64,000 bases of DNA from Phoronis australis (GCA_002633005.1 NMRA01000249.1:395762-459761); one strand, 5' to 3'. Numbered from the stretch's first letter, positions 12,741-26,900 are shown. Numbers and translations are program-made. Notes: generated by a model not told the origin, from the sequence alone.

Positions 12741-14890
12741 CTGAAACTCTTTAAATTTTATCCGTTCGTATTGGAGGTTTGTATATCTTTGTTTTCGAAC
12801 TTGGAAACCCTGGATATTAATTTGCTTCCAGCCCTCCGGTGCCTCTCCTTGAAAACTACCGTGTACAATACATTTACGTCTGTCAGAACAAATCAACTAA
12901 TGACAACACTATATTCGATATATATCAGTAATGTCCATGGCGTTATGCGACAACACATATGTACGTTTCAAAAGTAAATCAATTATGTCATTAAAAACTC
13001 GAATTAAAGTAAAACCATTATCGCGCCAGCGTATGGCCATCCTACGTTTACACTTGGCAATTATGCTCCATTTAATTTTGCAACGCGTGCGCTTTGAAAC
13101 AGGTGAGTTATACAACTGGTACGAAGCAATGTTCTGTTCACGTCAACATTGTCTGAAGACAGGTCAAGCTCTTCGATTAGTGTTCTCTTCTTAAGTGCCT
13201 TTGCCTCTATTCTAGGAGCTGTGTTGCATGTTTTTGTACAGTTTTTCCCATACATTCACAGGTGCGCACTTTAGAAAAGACGCCCACTTTGAAAAATACT
13301 AATTACTTAGAAATGAGCGCCAGCAGGCTGTGCATTTATAAATTTCATCAGATCTTAGGGCATCTTTGTTTTTTATGATCCTGAACTCGTATTTTTCTAG
13401 TGTGTGGATACTAAACACTTGATGTGCAATCTCTGTTACAGGGTGACAAGTCTACAGTTTCATTCAGCAACAATGCTTTTGAATCGAAGGAGTAACGTGA
13501 TGTCAACCAAATTTACACGAAATTCTGACATAGGACGCACTGTAAACTGGTCTACAGTATATCTACATGGGTTATGGTATTCAGTGTTTGCTCCTTTTTA
13601 CTAGAATCCGTAGATGGCACAGGGTTTTGTACATCGAGTGAATGAAGTTAGCGGCTGCGAATTACTACAGTTTAAACAACAAAGGCCTCCAGTGACGTGC
13701 AGGTGTATACTGTATTGGTAAACTCTATGCAATATTAAAATTATTCCTTACCTAAACATGAACCGAAACAGTGATTTTCAAAGACGGCTACATATGTATG
13801 TCGAATACGATAACAAATTCAACATCATTGCTTTGATGGTTTTAATCATACTAGCACTCTCCCCTCCTGAAACGTCATCGGCATGTCACTTGAGAGATCA
13901 AAGTAGTATTTAACGAAAAGCACTCACTCACTTTGTAATACAACGAATCCTGTGATTTGTGAATAGTCGTTCTCACAATTGCCGTGTGACTTTCCTAAAG
14001 GGCTAAGTACGCTGGTCAGTTTAGGAGAGTTTGATAGAAGTGTTCACTGAAGCTCGCCATCAAATTTCGAGGGCTGTCGATGGTCACAGGCGTTTTATTT
14101 TCTATGAGAAAGCAAGATGAAATAAAGGAATTTACTAATGGGTAAAATAGCCAAAGCCTAGTTAAGTAACATTTAAGCTACAAGAACTTCACTTACTACG
14201 TGTAGTAGGACACATATACAACATCGTGCGATTTGAAGGTTGCGTGATGTAAATTCGTAAATTAAACCTTCGCAGATAGAATTATCTTGTGTTTTCTCCG
14301 TAAATCAAGTGTTATTTTGGAATAGAAGACGTTTTCATGCCTTTGGCACGAGTTACGGTTTGTCTACTCTTTTAAATATGAGATTATCTAAACATATAGT
14401 ATCTGTTGCAAATTTGATGTATAACTTCAAAAATTTCTTTGTGGCTGGCAATTTAGTTGATAGATTAGAGGTTGAAATCTGACTTTTTCCCTGTATAGTA
14501 AGACGACTAAATGTAAAGTACTGCAAAAATAAGCGAATGAAACTGGCGAGGTCACCGGTTTCAATTTCATTTAGCGTAATTTTACCATGCTGGCAATCGG
14601 TGGTTTCAAATAAACTCTCAAAATGTAGCGGACTTTGTCATTTTTGGCTTAAGGTGACAATAAAATACACGCAACAAATCTCATGTGTTTACAGTCTTAC
14701 GACACTGTATGCATTTGCATGTTCTTACTATGTATAGGTTATACAACGTACGTGTTTGTACCAGTGGTTATAATATCGAGATTCGTGAAAAATGTTTATA
14801 CCACAATATTAGCGTCGAATGGCAGATACAACCGTTTAATAACCCATTAAGTTTCCTGACCATTGAGATAATATTTTGGCGGAAAACAAA

Positions 14891-14958
14891 TGCCGGATTC
14901 GAACCAGGGCCACAAGCTTTGCGAGTCGCCGACTTTACCACTACACCACTCAGCGGCT
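14891..14958 (-). mobile_element. tRNA-derived SINE head or tRNA pseudogene
   Basis: Minus strand GCCGCTGAGTGGTGTAGTGG (A box) ... GGTTCGAATCC (B box); no acceptor stem can be formed. Confidence 0.65.
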
Positions 14959-15492
14959 GACTTCATCGATTGTGAAAACAGATTACTTAACTGAGCACGC
15001 GCAACAATCGCATGTTCAGCAAAGGGCATTGCACCGAAATTTATACGCTATAAAAAATAAGACGCATAATTTCCATAAAAACGATACTTTAATTCAGTGA
15101 AATTTTTCTCTCGTGCTCACTCACTTGTAAATCAACGATCTGTAGGTGCCGTGTCGTCGCGATCCTTTGACTTGAACATTATAGTCAGTTCATAGTGGTA
15201 ACCTACTTTAGCAGACGATATATTCCCGGTCGAAGCTTAGCGTGACAAAAATGTGTAGTAAGCTATAAAAGTTGCTAAACCTTAATTTATAGATTCACTT
15301 TATTTCTATTTTGTTTTATTTTTCAATTGGTTTTGAGTAAAAGCATTATTTGACAAAAAATATCTCGGCTTTTCTTAAATGTCTTGACCTTCGACCCCGG
15401 GCCTCTGACATAGAAAGTAGTTACAAAGCCGGGGCGAGTCGAGAAAGGTAGATCGATTCATTGCAATGTTTCTCATTCAGTATTCGGAATAA

Positions 15493-15656
15493 ATAGATTA
15501 TTACATGTTCTCAGTCGTTATCCCCGTTATCTAGAGCCCTCGTGGATTTTGTAGATTTATCACCCACGGGGCTAACGTCCCTCGGGCGATAATTCTCCAA
15601 AATCCACTCGGGCTCTAGATAACTGGGGATAACGACTTTGCCATGTAATAATCTAT
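15493..15656. mobile_element. 164-bp fully palindromic MITE
   Basis: atagattattacatg...gttatctagagccc...gggctctagataac...catgtaataatctat; arms pair almost to the centre. Confidence 0.75.
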
Positions 15657-15797
15657 ATGTATAGCACAAACTAAACTGCAATGATAAACGAAGTGAAGCT
15701 GTATTCATTGACAACTCGTAAACGTGAAAACAAAAAATTCTGCAAATATTTGACCTTTGCACTGATGACCTAACACGCTGACTGACTTAGCACGCAT

Positions 15798-18700
15798 TAG
15801 ACCGGCACTAGTCCAGAGCACTTAGCGTAGATGAACGAGGTACCAACATCTGACCACGGGAGCATTTAAAATCCACCTCAGTATGTACAGAAATGGACGT
15901 CTGCCGTTGTCTGCACTTTGGGTGTGACCCTGGGGGCCTTACAAAGAGCCCAAAAATGAGCTAGACTAGATATTCGAGGTACCAACCAAAAATGATTTAA
16001 AACGAACAATAGTACCACACTGAACACCGAATGACCTATGACAGACAAATTGCACTCTGGAATAGGTCCGGCAGAAACCAAAAAAGGACGCCCCAAAAAT
16101 GAGCTAGCACATACATTCGAGGTACCACACAAAACCAATTCAATGTGATTCAATACATGTCACATATCACTAAAACCCCTATGACCGACAAAATACACTC
16201 TGGGTTGTGGCCGGCAGAAACCCCCCAAAAATCTCAACCATGGTAAGCCACCAAAAATTTGAGCTAGACTAGATTTTCGAGGTACCGGCCAAAACTGATT
16301 TTAAACGAACAGTACCGCACTGAACACCAAATGACCCATGACAGACAATTTGCTCTCTTGAATGGGACCGGCAGAAACCAAAAAAGGACCCTCCAAAAAT
16401 GAGCTAGAAATTACATTCTAGGTACCACACAAAACCAATTCCATATATGATTCAATACATGTCACAGATCACTAAATGCCCTATGACAGACAAATCACAC
16501 TCTGGATTGGGCCAGATTCTTCACTGCTAATCCAGCTTGATTCGGGCTCGCTTGTTTCGTCATAGCCCATTTCCTTTACCTCTTGATCGGCTTGATTTTC
16601 TTGTAAAAGACCAGCACCTTCAAAAACGACATCAGGAATGGCAGATCCACAGAACCATTCGGGAGTATAGAATTCATCTTGTACCTTCCAACCGCAGCTA
16701 AGAGGATCCAAACCGTTTCCCGGATCGGCCGAATCCACTTGGTCTCAGAGCAAGGCAACATAATGGGCTCGCTTGAGCTTGTTCAATAGTGTCTATCGGC
16801 AAGGAGGAAGCAATGCGCAGTCAATCTTCTTGATGTTTGACATCGGAGAAAATTTTATTGANATTCTTCACTGCTAATCCAGCTTGATTCGGGCTCGCTT
16901 GTTTCGTCATAGCCCATTTCCTTTACCTCTTGATCGGCTTGATTTTCTTGTAAAAGACCAGCACCTTCAAAAACGACATCAGGAATGGCAGATCCACATA
17001 ACCATTCGGGAGTATAGAATCCATCTTGTACCTTCCAACCGCAGCTAAGAGGATCCAAACCGTTTCCCGGATCGGCCGAATCCACTTGGTCTCAGAGCAA
17101 GGCAACATAATGGGCTCGTTTGAGCTTGTTCAATAGTGTTTATCGGCAAGGAGGAAGCAATGCGCAGTCAATCTTCTTGATGTTTGACATCGGAGAAAAT
17201 TTTATTGATGAGGGACCAACTGTCTAAACGCTGACAAACAAAAACACAAATCCCATGCGCGCACCCAGCCTCTAGTTTTGGGGGCTCTAATTTGTGACCA
17301 AGTGGACCTTTTGCTAACAGAAAAGCTGGAGGACTAAAAAAAACGGGGTACCACCTTCAGTACTGTGAACTGTGCGTCTGCGCCTTTTAAGTGGACTTTT
17401 GTCTCGTCTCCACGTAGTGTTTATTTCTCTGAGGCGGACCTTTTTGCCCACTTCGCCAAATGGAGGGGCTCGTTCGAGCTCCCCGAGCCCCCCTGGGTGT
17501 GCGCATGAAATCTCAACACCATTTACTGATTTTTGACGTGAAACTGGGCATTTTGGTTTAACACTCTGAAAACATTTGAAATTATTTTCGTTGCTTTTAT
17601 GAACTATATTTTATCAATTACAGTTATTACCTTGTTCATTTTTCCGGCCATCTCTATTAATCTTTGACTCCTCCCTTCATTAAATAAGAGGCATATGTCT
17701 TCTAACTTTCTTCCGTCTGGGGCATCTGTACGCTTATTAACTCTGAGAAGAAGCTGATAAGTGTCCCAGATGAGTCTTTCATCAGGATTTCCAGAGGCCT
17801 CACTTTCCCTGTCCTAAACAGTGCTGCTGTGACGTCATACCCTGTCATTGTATGCACTTTTCAGGCAATGCTGCAGCGAGACCCCTTGTTACCGAAACGC
17901 ATCGTTGTTTATATATTTATTTAAATAGCATTGGAACTCCACCGCGTGGCTGCGCACCAAATTAGGGGTGATTTGTATTTTATCACGGAAGACATTATGT
18001 CGGCCATCGACAAATGACTCCGCGAAACTAAAACATTGCAAACACTATATACTACACTGAATTTCGACATCATGTAAAAATTTCTTCAAAAAGTTACAAC
18101 TAGGCGAGTAAACTGTCTTACATCTTGACACCCGTCTGCTTTTTGCTTGTAGTGATCATGAGAGTAAACACAGGCTTTAGTGAACGAAACTTTTTTATAA
18201 TTAGTTTTTGTTTTCTGTGGTCCCGCTTTTTGCAGTTAACTTAATAAATACACCACTTTTGTAACCAATTGTGTATTTCGATTTTTGTGGTGCAATTTTT
18301 AACATCTTGTTGTCTAGTTGTTTGGATTTCCCACCCGAGTACATGAACTAGAAGGGGAAAGCTGCATGGACGATTATACCTCCATTTTTAAGGTCCTTTC
18401 TGGGATTTTGGCCCACTATTTCCGAGTAAACTTTGTTTTTCATTGGGTGTCCAGTGCAGCACGATTGTTGGTTTTAAATCAGTTTAAGAAGATACCATGA
18501 AAATCTAACTGCCTCAAAGTTTTGATAGCATACATTGTGGTTGAGATTTTTGAGGGGTTCTGCCAGGCACAATCCAGAATGTATTTTGTCTGCCGGTCAT
18601 AGGGCATTTAGTGACCTGTGACATGTATTGAATCTCATGCAATTGTTTTTTGTGGTACCTCGAATGTACGTGCTAGCTCATTTTTGGGGGGTCTTTTTTG

Positions 18701-19548
18701 GTTTCTGCTGGACCCATTCCAGAGTGAAGTTTGTCAGTCATGGGTCAATGTTCAGTGCGATACTATTGTTAGTTTTAAATCAGTTTTGGCCAGTACCTCG
18801 AAAATCTAGTCTAGATTAAATTTTGATGGCATACCGTGCTTGAGGTTTTTTGGGGGTTTCTGACGTGCACAATCCAGAGTGTATTTTGTCTGTCAAAGGG
18901 GTTTTAGTGATCTTCGACAGGTATTGAATCATATGGAATTGGTTTTGTGTGGTACCTCGAATGTACCTTTTTTGGTTTCTGCCGGACCCATTCCAGAGTG
19001 CAATTTGTCTGTCATGGGTCATTTGGTGTTCAGTGCGGTACTATTGTTCGTTTTAAATCAGTTTTGGGCGGTGCATCGAAAATCTAGTCTAGCTCAAATT
19101 TTTGATGGCATAACGTGGTTGAGATTTTTGGGGGTTTCTGACGTGCACAATCCAGAGTGTAATTTGTCTGTCATAGGGCATTTAGTGATTTGTGACATGT
19201 ATTGAATCATACGGAATTGGTTTTGTGTGGTACCTCGAATGTATGTGCTAGCTCATTTTTGGGGGTCCTTTTTTGGTTCTTCCGGACCTATTCCAGAGTG
19301 CAATTTGTCTGTCATGGGTCATTGCAGTACTATTGTTCGTTTTAAATCAGTTTTGTTTGGTATCTCCAATATCTAGTCTAGCTCATTTTTGGGCTCTTAG
19401 TAAGGGCTCCAGGGGTCACACCCAGAGTGCAGACAACGGCAGACCTCCATTTCTGTACATACTGAGGTGAAATTCAAATGCTCCCGTGGTCAGATGTTGG
19501 TACCTCGTTCATCTATGCTACATGTAAGTACTCTGGGCTGCCGGTCTA
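15798..19548 (-). mobile_element. Academ DNA transposon, internally deleted, both ends present
   Basis: Termini TAGACCGGCA...TGCCGGTCTA with 3-bp TSD CAT; arms of 0.7-1.1 kb built from ~150-bp subrepeats. Minus-strand relics VHTMTGYDVTAALFRTGKVRPL (XPG H3TH-like) and LLPPCR*TLLNKLKRAHYVALL*...DPLSCGW...PEW. Confidence 0.85.
17254..17507. mobile_element. MITE nested in the Academ element
   Basis: 15-bp TIRs catgcgcgcacccag / ctgggtgtgcgcatg; flanks aaatcc / aaatct resemble a decayed TSD. Confidence 0.75.
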
Positions 19549-19869
19549 CATCATGCAGTGATATTAGCCAGTTACACGTCACGATACACGTACATGCTGG
19601 ACACAGTTCATTGATCTGCGGATCATTTTCTTTACAAAATTCGTTGATAAATCATTTTCAACCTACTTCATATTTAAATCGCTGCTATATGTGGAGATTC
19701 TAACTAATTTGGCCAAGCAGGGCACAGAAGTAAAGAATTAGTCTCCAAGTTCTACTTTAAACGTGGTACAATTCCATAGACCGCAAGACATTAGCTACAT
19801 TTGCTGCGAAAAAGATTCTCCTTCTGGAACAGAAACACTGAATCCAATGTTTTATTTATTTCAACATTT

Positions 19870-20300
19870 CAACTTCACCGACCAATGTATCTTTTGCCTT
19901 TATGCTGGATCAGACTAGTATACTCGTGAAAGCGAGTGTTCACGACTTGTTAGTCTAGGAGGCGCAGCATCGATTGGCTTTTTTGATATCGATACTAGTG
20001 GTCTGTTGTCTGTCTCCACAAATACTTCCCACCATAAACATAATGGTGAAATCGTTTGCCTCTAAGCAATATTGCAAGCATTTCCTTTTCAATCTGTGTG
20101 TAGTTGATCTCGGCTTGTTTAAGTGCCTTTGATGCATACGCATCTGGTTTTGTTTCCCGTAAAAGTGTCGCACCTAAACCAAATTTTGAGGCAACAATTT
20201 GAAGAGTCAGAGTATTTTTTGGAATGAAAAACGCAAGCAAGGCTGTCTTAGTGAGCATTTGCTTACCTCCATCAAATGAATTTTGCTGTTGGTTGCAACA
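19870..20300 (-). mobile_element. Ty3/Gypsy pol relic (RT connection and RNase H)
   Basis: LTLQIVASKFGLGATLL...AYASKALKQAEINYTQIEKEMLAILL..KRFHHYVYG; frameshifted downstream. Confidence 0.85.
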
Positions 20301-20860
20301 GACACTGGGCCAGTAATGTCAGCCACTCTCTGTTCTCGCTGGTTCACTGCATGCCGCTAGGTGCTGGCTATCAGCTAGCGGCACGCAGGTAACCAGGGAG
20401 CTTTCTGTTTTTACTCACCAGACTTCAGCTAGAGCAGATTCGCGTGTAGGTATGTCTTATGGAAAAGTCACCTAGCGACGTAATAAGATTATGAAATATG
20501 TAAAACGCGCACAGATACCTCTATTGCCACAGGTCGTGGGTCGACGGGGTCTTGGGTCGTGGATGGTGAGTCGATGGGTTGTGGGTAGAGGGACTCGTGA
20601 GTAGAGGGGTATGGGTGTCGAGGGGGTTTCAGAATAATCCCTCGTTGGGACATTGCCAGGTTAAATGAATTTTGGATAAGATTTGGCAGTGGTATTTCTT
20701 TGTATTTGGGATAACCTACAGTAGCTACGCCACTCTCATTGTACATGTACATGTACGTTTTGTGAATATATTATGCTTGGATGCCAACACGAGCCTTGAA
20801 CTCACGCGGCTGTGTTGCAAGCATTCAAAACGCGTCCATTGTTCTTCTTCCATCGCAGTA

Positions 20861-20936
20861 ATGCAGGCATGTGTAATTTTATTGACCTTCTGTGGTAGTC
20901 TTTCTTGCTTGTGTATTTTGGTTAACAGAACACACG
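20861..20936 (+). CDS. GPI-protein coding exon 1 (signal peptide)
   Basis: MQACVILLTFCGSLSCLCILVNRTH, strong phase-1 donor g/gtgagt; a pyrimidine-rich acceptor ends 2 nt before the ATG, implying an upstream UTR exon. Confidence 0.7.
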
Positions 20937-23900
20937 GTGAGTAATGTCTGATGCAGTAAACTGGCTAGTTGTGATTGACTTAACGGAAAGACTGAGAACA
21001 ATGCGGTTTAAAAATGTCAATTTAATAGAAGCACCGTTTTCCAATTGAACGTCATTTTCTTACATCATTCTCCCGCTTTTGTAACGAAGAAAAGTCATAC
21101 GGCGATTTCAAAACAATATCCTCTCGACACCTCATCAGCTACATGAAGTCAATCGTCTAAATACAGCTAAAGCTAGATACCACCGCCCCGACAGATCACG
21201 AAATTGCACACAGCCCGGGTAGTTCTGCTCGTCACATAGCCGTGACACTTGTAGAGCCAAGGGCTGGCGAGGTTACATGCAAAATCGGGAGGTCAAGCGA
21301 CTCACTTTACCCGTTACAGCCGTTAAAGTAAAAGCATTCTTACATGTATAAACGTCATTTCCTTAGATTTTTCTCCGACTTTTGCAACAGAAATGTATGT
21401 TGTTGTTTTGAAAACAGTACACGCGCCATTTACTGAACTTTTGCGACACATCTCGGGAGAAGATGAAGCTTCGCAGCAGCAAAATTTATTTTGAAATTCG
21501 GTTTTCTGGTATTAAAACACTAGATAATTATAAGAAAATGAAACAAATACCGATAATTTGTTTTAACATGGCAGGTAGTCTATTTTCATTCAAAGTTTTT
21601 GGTATCACTTTATTCGAGGCAAACACACGGTTACCAGTTCAATAAAAGCAGCAAACTTGAATTTAGACGTTGAATGTCAAAGCTCTACCATATACCCGGG
21701 GGCAGAAATCACTTGAGCGTGTCTAGCTGAGGTTAAATCAACATTATTCTCAAGTGGATAAAGTTTGAGTATAATACTGGAATAAAAACTTACAAAAATT
21801 AGCGACGTTGCGTACGCATTTCACGGACTTCAGCTTGCCCTGTGAAGTTATCATGGTTATTCTGGCCAATGGGGCTATTCGGAAAATCTACAATAACTAG
21901 AGGGCGTGCGTGTACTAGTGGTTATAGATTAACAGCCTCGATTTCGCGAGCCCTTTAAATACAGCCGTGCCAACTGAATCTGAGATTGCGTAAAAAGGGT
22001 GCTTCTATGAGAGGAAGTAAGCACGACCTCATACAAAGGTAAGGTTTGTGATTATTCTAACGATTATTCCATGATTATTCTACCGATGCCTGTTAACTGA
22101 GGCACTCGCTCGATGTCGATTTCGCGGCAGTCAGTCGCCAGCCAGAGTCCGGTTAATCTTTGTATGTTGTGATATGTGATACGATACTTGACGTAGCAAT
22201 CGGGATCTTTTCGTACATCAAAGCATTATTATGGTTTGGAATGGTTTCTAAAAGTTTATCAGTGACAGTTACATTAATCAATGCTGAATGTTTATGCTCT
22301 CAACTCGATACAGGTTAATGAGTTAAGATTACAATCCAATCCCAATGGCAAAGGGTACGTGAGTGATAAATATCCATTGCATTAGACTACATGTATTTGT
22401 TTACTCCCTATCATATATCTTCTGGAAATCTATTACACGTTGATTTTGAAATCTATCAGTTTTCAGGTAACCTTTGGTTTTTAGGTTTGGAGGCACGTAC
22501 CGTGCAGAGGAGATATGCATCGCTTCTGCACCGTTCCTGAATGGACAAAAATTGGTTTTTAGCATTTGACTGCAGCTAACCAGCAAGATCTTCCCATCCA
22601 GTGCAGATCTGTTATAAAAGCCTACTTTCATTATTGGAGACAACGAACAAAGCCTTTGAAAAGGAACAGCTATTTTTAAAGTCATTTTGTTAAATTACTT
22701 ATTCAGGTCCCGAGGGGGGATTGGCATGGGGGTTGTAATATTTGATACAACTGAATGTGTGGAAATAACAGGTAATACATGTTTGGGGAAAAGAGCATGG
22801 TGAGGTAATTCTTAACCTTCACGAAGTCCCTTCAAGTTGATTTCATGAAACTGTTTTGCTACTTGTATCAATTGTAAAACTACGAAAATATATTACCTTT
22901 TCCGAATTCACAATGACTGAACAGTCTTAACTCATGCCTTGAAATGTTGCAAGTTGTTATAAGTTCAAATGACTGTCATTTTTGGGAAAATTGCATATTT
23001 GATGGTGCCTTACGATTTGTAATTACTCTTAAACAACAGAAAGATTATCCATTATTTTTAAATGACCCAAGTCTTCATATCTTCTATTAGAAGAAAAACG
23101 GTTCCCTCAACCTTAGGCTAGAAGTATGCTTGACAGACCCATGAACCTGTAAGCTGAGTTTAAAATTGCTGAAAGTATCAAAATTAAAAAGGCTTGAAAA
23201 TAAGTAACAAAGGTTTGAAGTTGTCTCAAAAAACTTGTATATTTTACAGACAAGTGATGCGTTTAAAGAATTGTTATTGGTGGGGATAAAAAATAAAGAC
23301 AGTTTTGTGCAATACTCATTATATACACTCTTGGTTTCTGAAAATAGTAAGTAATTATTTTCTTTTAGGTGAAACTGTAAACCAATCACCATATATTTTT
23401 GAAAAACAGGGATAACATTTTTGATCCAAACTAGATTATTTAATTATTCATATTTCAATATTTGTTCCAGGTTCAGTGACATTTTAAGGCCACTTCAAGC
23501 TGTATCATAGACAAGCTTTGTTACTCCGTTCTCTTCCCACAGCACTTCCACACACCAGCAGTGCTGCATGGCACAATGTGCAAGTCAGTGGCCCTGGAGA
23601 AATGTGAATCGCTTTTCACTTTGTCCAACGGTGAAATAGATGGTCAGGCGGTTGGTTTCAGTTTGTTTTTCTTGCCTGTAACAGAATAGAAATATTAGCA
23701 AATTGTAAAAGAAAAGACAAGACAAAACTACTTTTGTAAGGCAGAACATACTTGACATTTCATCTTCATGTTTATGTGTAGAAACTAATAACCTTTGTAC
23801 CCAAGTCTTATTTGATATCTGAATTAAAGTATGTGAAACAGGCTAAAAGTGATTTAACAATGTGTATTTTTCATGACACTTAAAATGTGCTTCTGCTCTC

Positions 23901-26900
23901 AACCAGTAAAATTCATTCTAGGTGTCATTTTTTCCAATGCAATGTTACGACATTTACGGAATTAAGGCTTATTCATGTTAATTCGATAACTGAGCTGGTG
24001 GTCCTGGAGGTGGGGTCCACTATAAAATAAGAAAACTCACTCACCTAGAGAATTTTATTGGAAACAGCATAGTTTTGAAGAGAAACTGCTGTGAAGAAGT
24101 CACTCTTGACTTCTGTGCATCACGTACCATACACCTCTTATTTTGGGAGCACTCCCACCCAGGGCAATATGAATATGTGCTGCTAGCCTTCCCGGCATCG
24201 GGGGAGTTTCTAAAAAGAAACACTTAGTTCCACAATAAAACTCGTTATTCAGTGGTGTAACTGGTGGAGATAACATCACCGAACGATGTTGATAGAAACT
24301 GATTGCTAAAAACTTACCAAGTAATGTTGTGTAGTCTCTGAATGGAACTGCATAGTCATAGAGCACACACGGGGCTTCAGCATCCACACACTTTTTGTCA
24401 GTTAGTTGACCCTGTTGACCGCAATTGTCCACGAATATAATAACCTTAGGTCTTTTGGAAATTTGTGTCCACCTGTCGAATACTTGCACCAGGGTAATTA
24501 GCAGTAATAAGGTTTAGCGCGACGACGTATTTTGATAATAATTCCATCTTTTACCAGTTGTTTACATGCAGACAGCCACGCATGCGTAATTCAATCACCA
24601 CTAGTACAGCAACGACACCGCTGGGAGAATTCTCCGAATAGCCCCATTATTGGCGTTTTTGCCAGACGGCGCGGCATTGACGTCAGAACACCATCCCATA
24701 TGTTTGACAAATCGAATCTTAAACCGCCTCTTTTATTTAAGCAGGGTCTCTCAATGCACTCATGGCGAGCTTCCTTTACACCCCTTGGGAACCAGTCTTC
24801 GTTCCTAAAAGTCTAGGATAATGGCATCATCAGTAATGAAATCATATCCAGTGGCGCACACGTGGCTAAAAATAGCAGAATCTTAAGTGTCCCCCATAAC
24901 TAGGACGACGATGTTGTGACCACGCATTTTTATGGACTGTTTCGTTTCGCCAATGTAACTGTCTGAGCACTGGCGATCCTTACACTGGACACAATAGACA
25001 ACACGTGATTTATTACCCTTGGGGGTCTTGTCCTTGACATTAACCAGTTGGCTGCGGAGAGAATTAAACGGTTTGTGAATGATAGAAATGTCAAACTCTT
25101 TAAATGTCCTCTTGAGGCAGTCAGAAAGATCCTGGACTTAGGGAATCACCACACGAGTAGTAGAAATCACAGTAGTGGTTGTCTGAGTATTTACATTTCT
25201 CCCCTATGATCTTTCCGCTTTGGTGAACAACCAAAGTGAGTAACAGCATTTGGCAAGAGCATCTTTAGTGTAGTTCAGTTCCTCAGAATTGGTCGAAGGA
25301 TCACAAATGATAGTGCTAGCTCTGGGTGTGATTCGCACTTTGAACCACGTAGCTAGCACTATCAATTGCGGACGCAACGTCGCTAATTTTTGTAAGTTTT
25401 TGTCTCAGTATTAGACTTAAACTTGATCTGTTTTCTCAACTGGATATCTCAAAAATTACATGCTTTTATTATTCTCAAGTCTTAGGAAGGCACCAGAGAA
25501 AACATAAAGCGAGCTCTCAAGCGGTGAACTAAAGTGAATCTACTTAAAGTATACTTCGGCACTAGTGCCTCTCTGGTGCAGAGTTAGTTTAACGATTTAA
25601 CGATCAACTGGTATGAATATAAATGAGAAGTAANCCTTTTCAAATTAGCCGGTGGAGCGTGAGACCCCTGAGGTCCCAATCGAGTCCTCACGACAACTTT
25701 GCGTTATGGTATTAGACTTAAACTTGATCTGTTTTCTCAACTGGATATCTCAAAAATTACATGCTTTTATTATTCTCAAGTCTTAGGAAGGCACCAGAGA
25801 AAACATAAAGCGAGCTCTCAAGCGGTGAACTAAAGTGAATCTACTTAAAGTATACTTCGGCACTAGTGCCTCTCTGGTGCAGAGTTAGTTTAACGATTTA
25901 ACGATCAACTGGTATGAATATAAATGAGAAGTAATGCATAGTATACAGTTTACATCTAATGCAACAAGAATAAATGTGAAATAGTGAATCCACTAATCTA
26001 CAATATTTCATGCAATTCATTACATATCCATTATGAATTTTGGCTAGTTATGTTTTGATAGCACTGCTGCTTCTTGATACTTTAGCTCTCAGTTGAATAA
26101 GTGACCTATTCGGTGCATCCACACGTTTTAACTAACTATATAGTAAATTAGATCGCGTAATGGCCACATACATGAACACTGTAGATAAGTTGCCTTGAGA
26201 TAGCTGACCAGTACCATAACGTATAATTTTGCAAGCACAGTAGGGAATCACTTACCGATGTTGTCAAAGTTCTAACAGTTTCTTACTAAATGATTCTAGC
26301 ACTTAGAAATGTGGTTTCTTGAAATTCAGTACTTATGTTGTTCCTGTCGCGTCAAAGGGGTGAGAATACAAGTGGCAATTATGATTGTCCCGACCGTATC
26401 GAAGGCAGGGAAACTCATGCATAGTTCACGCCTGGCTCACGGTGCGCTCGTACTTCGCTCACGCCTAGCTCACGGTCACAGTCACGCTTATAGGTTTACG
26501 CCAGTTGTCACGATCGATTGATTCACGCCTCAATCTCCGGTCTAATAATTCATTGGCTGTATTGTATGTGCACGCAAATTATAATAGTACAGTGTGAAAT
26601 GTAAGATAATTCTGTAGAGGCTGTTGTGTAATTAATTAACTGATTTGGTTGTTTACCAAAATTAGTGGCCTCCTGAGAGTGCATACGAAATGAATCGTCA
26701 TGTTGGTCTGTGACCACTTGATCGATGTTTGTTATGCTAGCAGTGTTGTGTTCATTTCGATTCTTCAATCCTGCTCAACTTTAGGATGAGTCATTTCAGC
26801 CAGAAACAATAATGATATTATTATTCATCTGAAAGCACCTGGCTTTTGACTGTCTGTCTCCATATTTGGCGATGGCTTGGGTTCTTTATTGGAATTGTGT

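Noticed and set aside
14891-14958. Functional tRNA gene
   Set aside because: A and B boxes are present but there is no acceptor stem and the cloverleaf is poor; treated as a SINE head or pseudogene
16516-17207. ~346-bp direct repeat giving two DSADPGNGLDPLSCGW ORFs
   Set aside because: The copies meet exactly at the N (16862) and differ at about 4 sites; most likely overlapping allelic contig ends, not a real duplication
20300-20455. Candidate 5' UTR exon or promoter of the GPI gene (donor ag/gtatgt at 20450)
   Set aside because: Plausible, but there are several candidate donors and no transcript evidence
25409-25933. ~225-bp apparently identical direct repeat
   Set aside because: Straddles the N at 25634; probable scaffolding overlap
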